The notes under the pieces: generated by a model
What the model saw: the letters and a program-made list of their open reading frames with translations, nothing else
Databases searched by the model: none
What the model was told of the DNA's origin: nothing
DNA from: Candidatus Omnitrophota bacterium
GTDB lineage: Bacteria; Omnitrophota; Gorgyraeia; Zapsychrales; Fredricksoniimonadaceae
Reading direction: 5' to 3'
Length of the DNA: 64,000 nt
Assembly (NCBI GenBank): GCA_903944345.1
Contig: CAJARJ010000018.1
Location: forward strand, 45,933-109,932
Made by a program: the position numbers and the translations under genes
In this document: piece by piece, positions 49,653-58,232 of the stretch
How positions within the stretch are numbered: position 1 is the first letter of the stretch
How the letters are laid out: each line of letters begins with the position of its first letter

Positions 49653-51188
49653 TCAGACCGCTCCGGCATTCCCTGTTACAATATATTCGACCGGATTGTA
49701 ACTGTCCGTGAAAACTGGACTCCCTTCCAGACTATAATCTTGCGGCGGCACCCGGGTAGCAAGCAATGCCTGAAGGCCGCCGGGGGGTTCTATGCGGAGA
49801 AAATCATCATAAGTTCCCATGCGCATACCAGCCACAATAATAATATTCTGCAAATCCCCGGGATTCTGTCGATTGGTGGCGTAAACATCAACTCGCCCGA
49901 AAACCTCAGACAGAGTTCGGGTTATGGCGCGAAAGAATCGCGCTCTGTCTCCTTCAATGGCACTAATAATATTCATCATGTAAATACCATCCGGAGTCAA
50001 TCTCTGGCGTACCAGATCAAAAAACTCTTTTGTGACCAGATGAAACGGAACATTGTGCTTGCCATGGAAAACATCTCCAAAAACAAGATCATACTGGCCG
50101 TTATCTGAACGCAAATAGCGCCGCGCATCTTCTGCAGCAATCTTCATATGCGGATAGTCCCCGGTACGAAAAAAAATCTTGCCTGCTTCGATCACCTGCG
50201 GATCAATCTCGCAGACCTCCACTTGGGCACCGGGATAAGCCCGGCTCAACGCCTGCGGCATGGTAAAAGCGCCTCCACCAAGAAAAAGTGCCCTTTGCAT
50301 CCGCGGACAATAAAGCCGACTCAATTCCCAGTACCGGTTATACACCAGCGGACTTTCGGGCGAATGCTCGAAGCGCGCCCCCGCTGTAGAATTATCCGTA
50401 TTAATTGTCGTCACAAAATCTCCATTAGCCAGTTCCGGCCCCCGGAACACAACTATGCGGTGAAAGAATGTGATCTTGTGAAAGAGAATATGCCACGGCA
50501 TTGGCGGATTTTTCCTGGCAACCCATCCTGCCAGGAGCAAGGCAAGAAATATAACCGCCACAGGCACCGCCAGGTTCAGTGGTTTTCTAAGAGCGACTCC
50601 ATAAACCGCTGCTGCCATGCACGCCAGGACAATCCCGCTTCCCAAAAAGATCGTCCACAAATCAAAACGTGGAATAAGCAGAAAGCCGGTGGCAAAAGTC
50701 CCGGCGACACTCCCCAGCATGGAAAGCGTACCCACTATCCCGGATGATATTCCAACATGCCGATCCGCGGACAATAAACTGACCAGGCGCACACAAAAAG
50801 GAGGCACCGCACCGAGAAGAAAGCCAGGCAAAGCAAAAAACATACCTGCCGCCACAGCAGGACCCCAAACAGCACTGGTTCCAGACAAAAAAAGATCAGC
50901 AGAAAGATGCAAAAAAGGAACTATCAGAACAAAAACAGCCGCCAACCCAAGAATATGCCCCAGCAAAACAGGGGTGGGCTTGCGGTCAACCAGCCATCCA
51001 CCGTAACAATAACCTGCACTCATCGCAGTCAGAATGACTCCGATCAGTCCGGTCCAGGTATAGAGACTATTGCCAAAAACAGGAGCCAGAATGCGGTTAC
51101 CCGTCAACTCAATGACCATAACAATCGCCCCAGAGAAAAAGGCAATCACAGACAATAAAAGAGCTTCCGTCCAGGCTGAACTTTTCAT
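49653..51188 (-). CDS. Fused MFS-like TM / spermidine-synthase-like methyltransferase
   Basis: MVIELTGNRILAPVFGNS, FLGGGAF, CEIDP, EDARRYL, YDLVFGD, FTDSYNPVE. Confidence 0.88.
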   Translation of the reverse strand: MKSSAWTEALLLSVIAFFSGAIVMVIELTGNRILAPVFGNSLYTWTGLIGVILTAMSAGYCYGGWLVDRKPTPVLLGHILGLAAVFVLIVPFLHLSADLFLSGTSAVWGPAVAAGMFFALPGFLLGAVPPFCVRLVSLLSADRHVGISSGIVGTLSMLGSVAGTFATGFLLIPRFDLWTIFLGSGIVLACMAAAVYGVALRKPLNLAVPVAVIFLALLLAGWVARKNPPMPWHILFHKITFFHRIVVFRGPELANGDFVTTINTDNSTAGARFEHSPESPLVYNRYWELSRLYCPRMQRALFLGGGAFTMPQALSRAYPGAQVEVCEIDPQVIEAGKIFFRTGDYPHMKIAAEDARRYLRSDNGQYDLVFGDVFHGKHNVPFHLVTKEFFDLVRQRLTPDGIYMMNIISAIEGDRARFFRAITRTLSEVFGRVDVYATNRQNPGDLQNIIIVAGMRMGTYDDFLRIEPPGGLQALLATRVPPQDYSLEGSPVFTDSYNPVEYIVTGNAGAV

Positions 51189-51369
51189 TAAACCCCTTTG
51201 TTCAAGATTAAAACAAGCTGCCTGATTTTACCTCACATGCTCGGGCTTGACCACGCATTTCCCCGGAAATATCCCTCAAGACAACAAGTTTCAAACAAAA
51301 CTTCAACACAACGTTCTTTCATGATATTCTCGGACTTATTACTAACAACCAAATCAAAATCAAGCCGCC

Positions 51370-52806
51370 ATGCTTTTTAACTCCACACAATTTTTTCTTT
51401 TCATTCTTATTGTCTACGGACTTTACCTCATCTTGTCCCATCGTTGGCAAAACAGAATGCTCCTGGCCGCCAGTTGCATCTTTTATGGCGCATGGGATGT
51501 CCGTTTCTTGCTGCTCATGTTTATTTCCATAACCGCAGACTATCTGTGCGGCCCCCGAATCTATTACGCCAAAGACAGGCAAACCGCAAAACTCTTTCTT
51601 TCTATCGCTCTCACTGTTAATCTGGTTATCCTTCTTTTTTTCAAATACTGCAATTTTTTTGTCTCCAATCTCACTTCTCTCCTGAGCTATTGCGGCCTGA
51701 CAGTTAACCCCTACACCCTCGACATTGTGCTCCCGATCGGAATCTCCTTTTACACGTTCCAGGCCATGAGCTATTCGTTCGACCTCTACCGCAGGGAAGT
51801 CATCCCTCCCGCCAGATATCTGGACTACGCTCTTTTTGTCACCTATTTTCCTCAACTCGTAGCCGGCCCGATCATGAAAGCCAGGGATCTGCTGCCACAG
51901 GTACTCAAAGAAAGAACTGTCACTGTAGAAAAATTTAAAGAAGGGTGTTTCTGGATTCTCTGGGGCTTTTTCCAAAAAGTCTATGTTGCCGACAATCTGG
52001 CCGGAATTGTAGAACCCGTCTTTTCTGCCACCAGCCCCCGGGACGGACTGACGGTGCTGCTGGCCGTATACGCTTTCGCCTTCCAGATTTATTGTGATTT
52101 CGCCGGTTACTCGAACATTGCCAAAGGCCTGGGAAAAATCATGGGCTTTGATATTATCACCAACTTTAACTTGCCCTATTTTGCCACCAATCCTGTCGAG
52201 TTCTGGAAAAGATGGCACATCAGCCTGTCTTCCTGGCTACGCGATTATTTATATATTCCCCTGGGAGGGAACCGTCAGGGACGCCTGCGTATGTTTCGCA
52301 ACCTGGGGCTAACCATGCTGATCGGGGGGTTGTGGCACGGAGCGTCGTGGACCTTTGTTTTATGGGGAGCCTACCAGGGGGCGCTGCTGATTGCCTACCG
52401 CGCCGGAGAACCGCTCTGGCATAAATTCCGTTCACTAACCGGAAGACTCTCCCTGCCTTCAGGCCTGCTTTATGCAGCCAAGCTGTTTTTCTTTTTCCAC
52501 CTGATCTGCCTGGGTTGGCTCGTGTTCCGGGCTCAATCCTTTGAACAAATTTTTGTTATGCTAAGAAGTATTCTAACCGGATTTCTGCCTGTCAATCAAC
52601 AAGCTGCATGGCAAACAGCCGCAGCCATTTTGCAGTTTACGTGGTTCCTGGTGCTTATCGAAATCATGCAGTATCATCTTGATGACCTGAAATTCATTCT
52701 GCGGCAAAGCCCTCTGGTCAAGGCAGGCTTTAGTTACATATGTTTTCTCCTGCTCATTTTCTACGGAGCAGAAGGAACCCGGCAATTTATTTATTTTCAG
52801 TTCTAG
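51370..52806 (+). CDS. MBOAT-family O-acyltransferase (AlgI/PatA/DltB-like)
   Basis: MLFNS, LPIGISFYTFQ, FPQLVAGPI, YCDFAGYS, FWKRWHISLSSWLRDYLYIPLGG, GLWHGA. Confidence 0.95.
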   Translation: MLFNSTQFFLFILIVYGLYLILSHRWQNRMLLAASCIFYGAWDVRFLLLMFISITADYLCGPRIYYAKDRQTAKLFLSIALTVNLVILLFFKYCNFFVSNLTSLLSYCGLTVNPYTLDIVLPIGISFYTFQAMSYSFDLYRREVIPPARYLDYALFVTYFPQLVAGPIMKARDLLPQVLKERTVTVEKFKEGCFWILWGFFQKVYVADNLAGIVEPVFSATSPRDGLTVLLAVYAFAFQIYCDFAGYSNIAKGLGKIMGFDIITNFNLPYFATNPVEFWKRWHISLSSWLRDYLYIPLGGNRQGRLRMFRNLGLTMLIGGLWHGASWTFVLWGAYQGALLIAYRAGEPLWHKFRSLTGRLSLPSGLLYAAKLFFFFHLICLGWLVFRAQSFEQIFVMLRSILTGFLPVNQQAAWQTAAAILQFTWFLVLIEIMQYHLDDLKFILRQSPLVKAGFSYICFLLLIFYGAEGTRQFIYFQF

Positions 52807-52812
52807 AAAACC

Positions 52813-53757
52813 ATGAAGAACCTCGCCAAATCCTTTCTGATCTATGTTTTCCCGATCCTGCTTCTGGTGCTCTGGATTGAAACGGGGTTGCTTGCGGTCC
52901 GAAACAGCTATTCCCAAAAAAAAATCCTTCTTGAGCAGCATCTGGCGGAACATGAAGTCCTCATCCTGGGCAACTCTCTGCCCTGGCACGGAATCAACCC
53001 GGGCCTGATCAGTGCCCGGGCATTCAATCTCTCTATGGTCAGCCAGTCTCTTTTCTACGATCTGCAGTTTATTGCCCGGTATACCCCGCGAATGCCCGCG
53101 CTCAAGGCAGTGGTTCTTTGTGTAGATTATACGTCTCTTGAAGACGATATAAACCTCTCTCCCGAGTACTGGCGGAGCTTCTTTTACGAACGTTTCTTCG
53201 GATTTCCACTGGAGTCCGAAAAGTTCGCCTGGGACATCATGCGCTTTAGTTTAATCAAGCTTTATGGCGGCGACGAAACACTTCGCCTGGCCAGAAATCT
53301 TTTCCGGGACCATCTTGACTATGAGCAGCTGGAAAACGGCTTCGCCCCCAGGATCAATCCGGGATATCTCACCAATGAATCCGAGGCCCGCAAACGCGTA
53401 AACTTCCTGCACACCTGCATGAACTCGTCTGCTATCCCACGCAACAGCGCCCACCTCCGGGAGATCATAAGGCTGCTGCGCGCCAAAGGAGTCATTCCCG
53501 TGTTAGTTTCATTGCCGGTCTCTTCGGGGTATACCCTTGCGCTCGATCAGAAGAAACTTCAAAAGATGCAGGAAACCATTCAAACAATTGCCACCGAATC
53601 AGGAATTAGCTATCACAATTACATGTTCGATCAACGCTTTGCTACAGAAGACTTTTTTGATGCAGACCACCTGGCGGTGAATGGCGCCATACACTTTACC
53701 AATATCCTGAATCTGGAAGTCATTAAACCCCTGCTGAAGACAACTAACCCGGATTAG
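52813..53757 (+). CDS. SGNH-like extracytoplasmic acyltransferase partner (DltD/AlgJ-like)
   Basis: N-terminal TM, ILGNS block I, FFDADHL (DxxH); directly after the MBOAT gene. Confidence 0.8.
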   Translation: MKNLAKSFLIYVFPILLLVLWIETGLLAVRNSYSQKKILLEQHLAEHEVLILGNSLPWHGINPGLISARAFNLSMVSQSLFYDLQFIARYTPRMPALKAVVLCVDYTSLEDDINLSPEYWRSFFYERFFGFPLESEKFAWDIMRFSLIKLYGGDETLRLARNLFRDHLDYEQLENGFAPRINPGYLTNESEARKRVNFLHTCMNSSAIPRNSAHLREIIRLLRAKGVIPVLVSLPVSSGYTLALDQKKLQKMQETIQTIATESGISYHNYMFDQRFATEDFFDADHLAVNGAIHFTNILNLEVIKPLLKTTNPD

Positions 53758-53945
53758 ATCCCTTCTCCTTCCTGCACCATCCAGATATCATCAAACCGAC
53801 TCTTCTTCGAAATTTCAATCTGAACTATCTTCGAATTATGAACAGTGATCATCACTGTCCCGAAATTTAATCCATGAATAGACTCGCTTATATCTTTAAT
53901 AATCGCATCATTAATAATATTTCTGCCTGGTTGCTGAATGCTCAT
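53754..53945 (-). CDS. YezD/DUF2292-family small protein
   Basis: L.FGTVMITVHNSKIVQIE...K.RF; AAGGAGG RBS. Confidence 0.85.
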   Translation of the reverse strand: MSIQQPGRNIINDAIIKDISESIHGLNFGTVMITVHNSKIVQIEISKKSRFDDIWMVQEGEGI

Positions 53946-54055
53946 TTCTCTACCCTCCTTTGGGGATTTTTTCCACAAACTTGACCGATCTTCAAACAAC
54001 CCTGTCGCCTTAATGCCACCAAGGATACCGTAAGGCCACAAACCTAAAACGCTAT

Positions 54056-54104
54056 TAACTCTATCGAGTTAGTAGGAATATAGCATGCGAATAAAAACTG
54101 TCAA
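54056..54104 (-). promoter_or_regulatory. Promoter with downstream palindrome for the DUF2292 gene
   Basis: TTGACA (54099-54104)-16 nt-TATATT with extended TG; palindrome TAACTC-N4-GAGTTA at 54056-54071. Confidence 0.5.
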
Positions 54105-54144
54105 GAAGATTATATCCAGCCTTCTTGGAAACTTGCACAACCGA

Positions 54145-54176
54145 CACAAACCTGCCCCCTCTTTTGAAGGGGCAGG
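54145..54176 (-). terminator. Probable terminator
   Basis: Stem CCTGCCCC / GGGGCAGG followed by TTTGTG. Confidence 0.6.
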
Positions 54177-54232
54177 ACAAGCATTCAGCTTGTAATAATA
54201 TCTTCTCTGTTTAAAGGTAACCATCCGAAGTC

Positions 54233-54931
54233 TTAAAGATACAAGCCTGTCCGCCGGATAAATTCGCCTCCCAGCGCCTGCACAAGATCCTGACGAAACT
54301 TGCCAAGAATTTCATCCCGCGCTCCATAATTAAACGAAGGATATCCACCGGAAGCCGACTGGTCGGCACTGACAAAAAAAATAACACTGCCAGAATCCGC
54401 ATCAACCAGGGCCCCTACAGCTTTGCCGTCAGCAAAAACCGTATTACTATCAATCAAGAACCCGCCAATAATAGTCAGATCCAGAATCTGCAGCGCATTA
54501 TTCTTCTGACCAATATCGGCTGATCCCCCAAAAAGAAACACGTAGTCTGCCCCTTGGCTTCTGGCCAGAGATAGCATGCTGGCGACCTTCTTCTGCACAT
54601 AAGCCTCAATATCACTGCGCTTGTCCGCGCCCGATACTTGCAAGCCTGCAGCCGGTAAAGGAATTAAATCTGTAATCGGCAAATCTGACTCTCTGATAGC
54701 ACGCAGCATGGCCGGATGCGGCGACTGCTCACCCACCTGAACAACCGCAAGCCGAAAAGGTTCTTTAAGACGCGTAAGCCTGGGGGACGCTGCCTGATTT
54801 GATAAACCGTATATGAGATTTGAATAATTATTCTCTCCTTGTTCCCGCAGAGACAAACCTGTCGTTTCACAGCCGGCCAATCCAAAAGAAACCAGAACCA
54901 ATCCAACCAAAACAAGCGCCTTGATCTGCAT
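54233..54931 (-). CDS. Lipoprotein, resembling the rhombotarget-lipoprotein type
   Basis: Lipobox LAGC; PFRLAV and NALQILDLTIIGGFLI...VD..SG. The family call is tentative. Confidence 0.7.
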   Translation of the reverse strand: MQIKALVLVGLVLVSFGLAGCETTGLSLREQGENNYSNLIYGLSNQAASPRLTRLKEPFRLAVVQVGEQSPHPAMLRAIRESDLPITDLIPLPAAGLQVSGADKRSDIEAYVQKKVASMLSLARSQGADYVFLFGGSADIGQKNNALQILDLTIIGGFLIDSNTVFADGKAVGALVDADSGSVIFFVSADQSASGGYPSFNYGARDEILGKFRQDLVQALGGEFIRRTGLYL

Positions 54932-54948
54932 ACCCGTCTCCCTTGCTT

Positions 54949-55034
54949 TATAGTTGATATGTCAACTATATGGTTAAAAAAAATGCGCCCCGATCTATTT
55001 CAAGAATAGCAGCATTTAGTTGATAAGTCAACCA
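54949..55034 (-). promoter_or_regulatory. Promoter flanked by two copies of a TAGTTGA-N4-TCAAC(T/C)A operator
   Basis: Copies start at 54951 and 55017; TTGACT (55026-55031)-17 nt-TATTCT with extended TG. Confidence 0.7.
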
Positions 55035-55064
55035 TTTTTACTTCTACAGCAATTCCCAAATAGA

Positions 55065-56069
55065 CTATTCCCGCGGGTGTTTTAGAAAAAACTCCCACAT
55101 CTCATCCGTGGCTGAAATATCTTCTGTCACCTCGCCCACAATGCGCCTGTACCAGAGGGCATCAGACTCCCTTCTGCCACCCGGCCAGGTATGCCCACCT
55201 GTCTCGACGGAGCACAATGTCACCTCAGCCCCCTGGCGACAAGAATGATGGGTTCGGCACTCGACGTTTCCCCTCTGAAAAGTCACATAGGATTTCAGTT
55301 CACAGGCATTATTGGCTACCCAGCTTGACACAACTTCTTCAACTGGCATCAGATCATCCATAAGTCGAATCCTCACAGGCACCGAAACATCACTATGGCC
55401 GCCAGCAAACGATATCATTTTATCTTGCTTTCCGTGGAAATGCATAATCGGCACCGGTTTTGACGGATGACAAGCCTTCAGGATCATGGTAGTCGCCACC
55501 GGAGCCGCAGCTGCAATTCTATCACTTAATTCACAGGCAACCCGGTACGCCATTGCTCCACCATTAGATATCCCGGTCACATAAACACGATCCCGATCAA
55601 TATTGTAATTGTCCTGCAATGCATCAAGCATTTTCCGAATAAAGCCAATGTCATCCGCAAAAGACGCGTCCCGGGCATTATTTTCCCTGGGGCCAAGATT
55701 CCACTTGTTTTTAGGCGCAACAGCTCGCGGATAAACCGCTATGAACCCGGATGAATCAGCCTTATGGTTCATACCGCTAGCGAGCTGAATATCCGCAGGC
55801 GTTCCCCCTCCTCCATGAAAAACAATAACCACTGGGGCGGACCGATTCGGAGTTACTGAACGCGGGACATGAACCTGATAAGTGCGTTCCAACCGACCGT
55901 GACGAAGGGAGTGTTCAAAGTTTTCTCCGTTCTTTACTGTCGGTTTATCCAACGGGGCAGCCAAGGATGGCAAAGAAAACAGAACCAGCGAAAAACACAC
56001 AACAGCCAGACAACAAAAGAAAGAAGAAAAACCCGCTCTGTTGAAATTCTGCCTTCGCCTGTTTTTCAT
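55065..56069 (-). CDS. Exported LpqC/PHB-depolymerase-family esterase
   Basis: FHGGGG, DDIGFI, nucleophile GISNG, HFHG..D, GHTWPG, MWEFF. Confidence 0.88.
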   Translation of the reverse strand: MKNRRRQNFNRAGFSSFFCCLAVVCFSLVLFSLPSLAAPLDKPTVKNGENFEHSLRHGRLERTYQVHVPRSVTPNRSAPVVIVFHGGGGTPADIQLASGMNHKADSSGFIAVYPRAVAPKNKWNLGPRENNARDASFADDIGFIRKMLDALQDNYNIDRDRVYVTGISNGGAMAYRVACELSDRIAAAAPVATTMILKACHPSKPVPIMHFHGKQDKMISFAGGHSDVSVPVRIRLMDDLMPVEEVVSSWVANNACELKSYVTFQRGNVECRTHHSCRQGAEVTLCSVETGGHTWPGGRRESDALWYRRIVGEVTEDISATDEMWEFFLKHPRE

Positions 56070-56254
56070 ATTCCTCTCTTCTTGCTGCCACTGCCCCAGA
56101 CTTTCCCGGTATTGATCAGTATGTTGATTAAGGACACCGGACTGTTTATCGACATTCTTTACGTAGTGCGCAGACAAAGCTTAAACCATAGAACACGTTG
56201 CGAAAGAATATAAAGTTACCTGATAAAACTATTTTGTGTGTCCCTATTTATAGA

Positions 56255-56596
56255 TCAACCGATGGACTGCGGCCCTTCTTCACCTGTTCGTATGCGGATA
56301 CAACGCTGCAGCTCTGTCACAAAGATTTTGCCGTCACCGATCTTTCCGGTTCGCGCCCCCTTGATGATAGCGGCAATCGCGCGATCAACAAAGGGCTCAT
56401 TAACAGCAATATCCACGCGAATCTTGCGCAAAAGATTCCCTGTTTCCTTGACCCCCCGATAAAATTCGTCAACCCCCAACTGACGGCCGTGCCCCAGCGC
56501 TTCGGAAACAGTAATAAGGTTGATCTCGGCAGCATACAACTCGCGTTTGACTTCTTCCAGACGATGCGGCTGAATAATAGCAGTGACAAGTTTCAT
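56255..56596 (-). CDS. glnK: PII nitrogen regulatory protein
   Basis: AIIQP, G.GRQ.G, YRG, RTGKIGDGKIFV, IRIRTGE; downstream of amtB. Confidence 0.95.
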   Translation of the reverse strand: MKLVTAIIQPHRLEEVKRELYAAEINLITVSEALGHGRQLGVDEFYRGVKETGNLLRKIRVDIAVNEPFVDRAIAAIIKGARTGKIGDGKIFVTELQRCIRIRTGEEGPQSIG

Positions 56597-56610
56597 GATA
56601 TCCTCCCTTG

Positions 56611-57849
56611 TTATTCCAGCATGGTGTAAGCCCGTTCATAATGCTGGGTAATGTCCAGCCCCATGATCTCTTCTTCAGCGCTGACCCGAAGGCCAAGCCA
56701 TTTATCCACCACAACAGCAATCACAAAAGTAACTGCAGCACAATAGGCCACCGTGACCAGCGCTGCAACAAATTCTGTGCGCAAAAAAACCGGGTTGCCT
56801 GCCAGAAGCCCATCCGTTCCGGCCGCGTTAACCGAGACCGTACCAAAAATACCAGTAGCAACCATTCCCCAGAATCCGCCGATGCCATGCACTCCGAACG
56901 CGTCCAGGGAATCATCATAGCCCAGCTTCTGCTTTATGACACTGACCGCAAAAAAACTTAACCCGCCAGCCACCAGTCCGATGCAAATAGCCGCCATGGG
57001 TGCGACAAAGCCGCAGGCGGGGGTAATGGCCACCAGCCCGGCGACAACACCGGAAACCGTGCCGAACATAGTAGGTTTACCCGTCACGAGCCATTCAACC
57101 GCCGCCCAACTGCAGGCGGCAGCTGCCGCCGAAAGATTGGTGGTTACAAACGCGTTGACCGCGACACCATTGGCCGCCAGCGCGGAGCCGGCGTTAAACC
57201 CGAGCCAGCCAAACCACAAAAGCCCGCCGCCCAGAACAACAAGCGGAAGATTATGAAGTGTCGGACGGGTCAATCCCTGACGCTTGCCCAGAACGAGTGC
57301 CGTTACCAGTCCGGCTACGCCGCAATTGATCTCGACAACACAGCCACCGGCGAAATCCAGGGCTCCCAGCCCGCGCAGCCAGCCGTCCGGAGACCATACC
57401 ATATGCGCAACAGGGATATATACAGATGTCACCCACAATGCTACAAAAACCAGAAAAGAAGAAAATTTGATACGCTCGACCAGTGATCCGATCACAACAG
57501 CCGGTGTTATGACCGCAAACATCGCCTGGAAGATCATGAACGCGGCATGAGGAATCGTCGAGGAATAGTCCGGATTAGGTGCCGCACCCACTCCCCGCAG
57601 CCCAACCCACTCCAGGCTTCCGATAAAACCGTTACCATGACCAAACGCCAGCGAATAGCCATACAGCGCCCACAAAATCAGCACCATGCCCAGACAGGCA
57701 AAACACTTCATCAAAATGGAAAGGATGTTCTTGCGGCGAACCATGCCCCCGTAAAAGAAAGCCAGTGCCGGCGTCATAAGCATGACCAGACCGGCGGAGA
57801 TCATAACCCAGGCCGTGTCCCCGGCGTTAATTCCCTGTTCAGCGCCCAT
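56611..57849 (-). CDS. amtB: Ammonium transporter
   Basis: MLMTPALAFFYGG, DFAGG.VV, WFGWLGFNAGS, DDSLDAFGVHG. Confidence 0.97.
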   Translation of the reverse strand: MGAEQGINAGDTAWVMISAGLVMLMTPALAFFYGGMVRRKNILSILMKCFACLGMVLILWALYGYSLAFGHGNGFIGSLEWVGLRGVGAAPNPDYSSTIPHAAFMIFQAMFAVITPAVVIGSLVERIKFSSFLVFVALWVTSVYIPVAHMVWSPDGWLRGLGALDFAGGCVVEINCGVAGLVTALVLGKRQGLTRPTLHNLPLVVLGGGLLWFGWLGFNAGSALAANGVAVNAFVTTNLSAAAAACSWAAVEWLVTGKPTMFGTVSGVVAGLVAITPACGFVAPMAAICIGLVAGGLSFFAVSVIKQKLGYDDSLDAFGVHGIGGFWGMVATGIFGTVSVNAAGTDGLLAGNPVFLRTEFVAALVTVAYCAAVTFVIAVVVDKWLGLRVSAEEEIMGLDITQHYERAYTMLE

Positions 57850-57878
57850 AATCCAGATCCTCCTTCGGATGAACGATT

Positions 57879-57955
57879 AAAAAACAAAAAGCCCGGCCCC
57901 CCGACAGAGTCGGGGAACCAGGCGCCATTGCCCGGAATAATATACTTCAATGCAT
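57879..57955 (-). promoter_or_regulatory. ANTAR-type dual-hexaloop RNA overlapping an intrinsic terminator in the amtB leader
   Basis: P1 ATGC-ATTGAA-GTAT and P2 GGGC-AATGGC-GCCT (loops with A1/G4). P2 overlaps the stem GCCTGGTTCCCCGAC / GTCGGGGGGCCGGGC plus TTTTTGTTTTTT. Confidence 0.8.
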
Positions 57956-57991
57956 GACCTGACGGGCTACGCTGTCCGCGCAGGGCAGGTC

Positions 57992-58020
57992 ATAATAGCT
58001 TTCGAAAAATGGAATGTCAA
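57992..58020 (-). promoter_or_regulatory. Putative sigma70 promoter of amtB-glnK
   Basis: TTGACA-17 nt-TATTAT upstream of the ANTAR element. Confidence 0.65.
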
Positions 58021-58232
58021 GACTGCCTGCCCGAAAGAAACTAACCGGATATCGAACCGAATATATACACAATCCGCCTCCCTCCAGCAAGACCTTAACC
58101 CCGTCTAATACCACATTAGGACTCTGATTTGCATACCAAAACATTATGTGCTATCTTCTGCCGTATATCACGTCTTATCTATTGGTTGCTTTGATATTGT
58201 CTCTGTCTGATATTAAGAAAACTCGAAAAACT

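Noticed and set aside
51319-52218. 299-aa minus-strand ORF
   Set aside because: Antisense to the highly conserved MBOAT gene.
58146-58232. Longer N-terminus for protein A given by the ORF track
   Set aside because: Comparison with paralogue B favours the MKKQLQ start, which gives a normal signal peptide before LPAPG.
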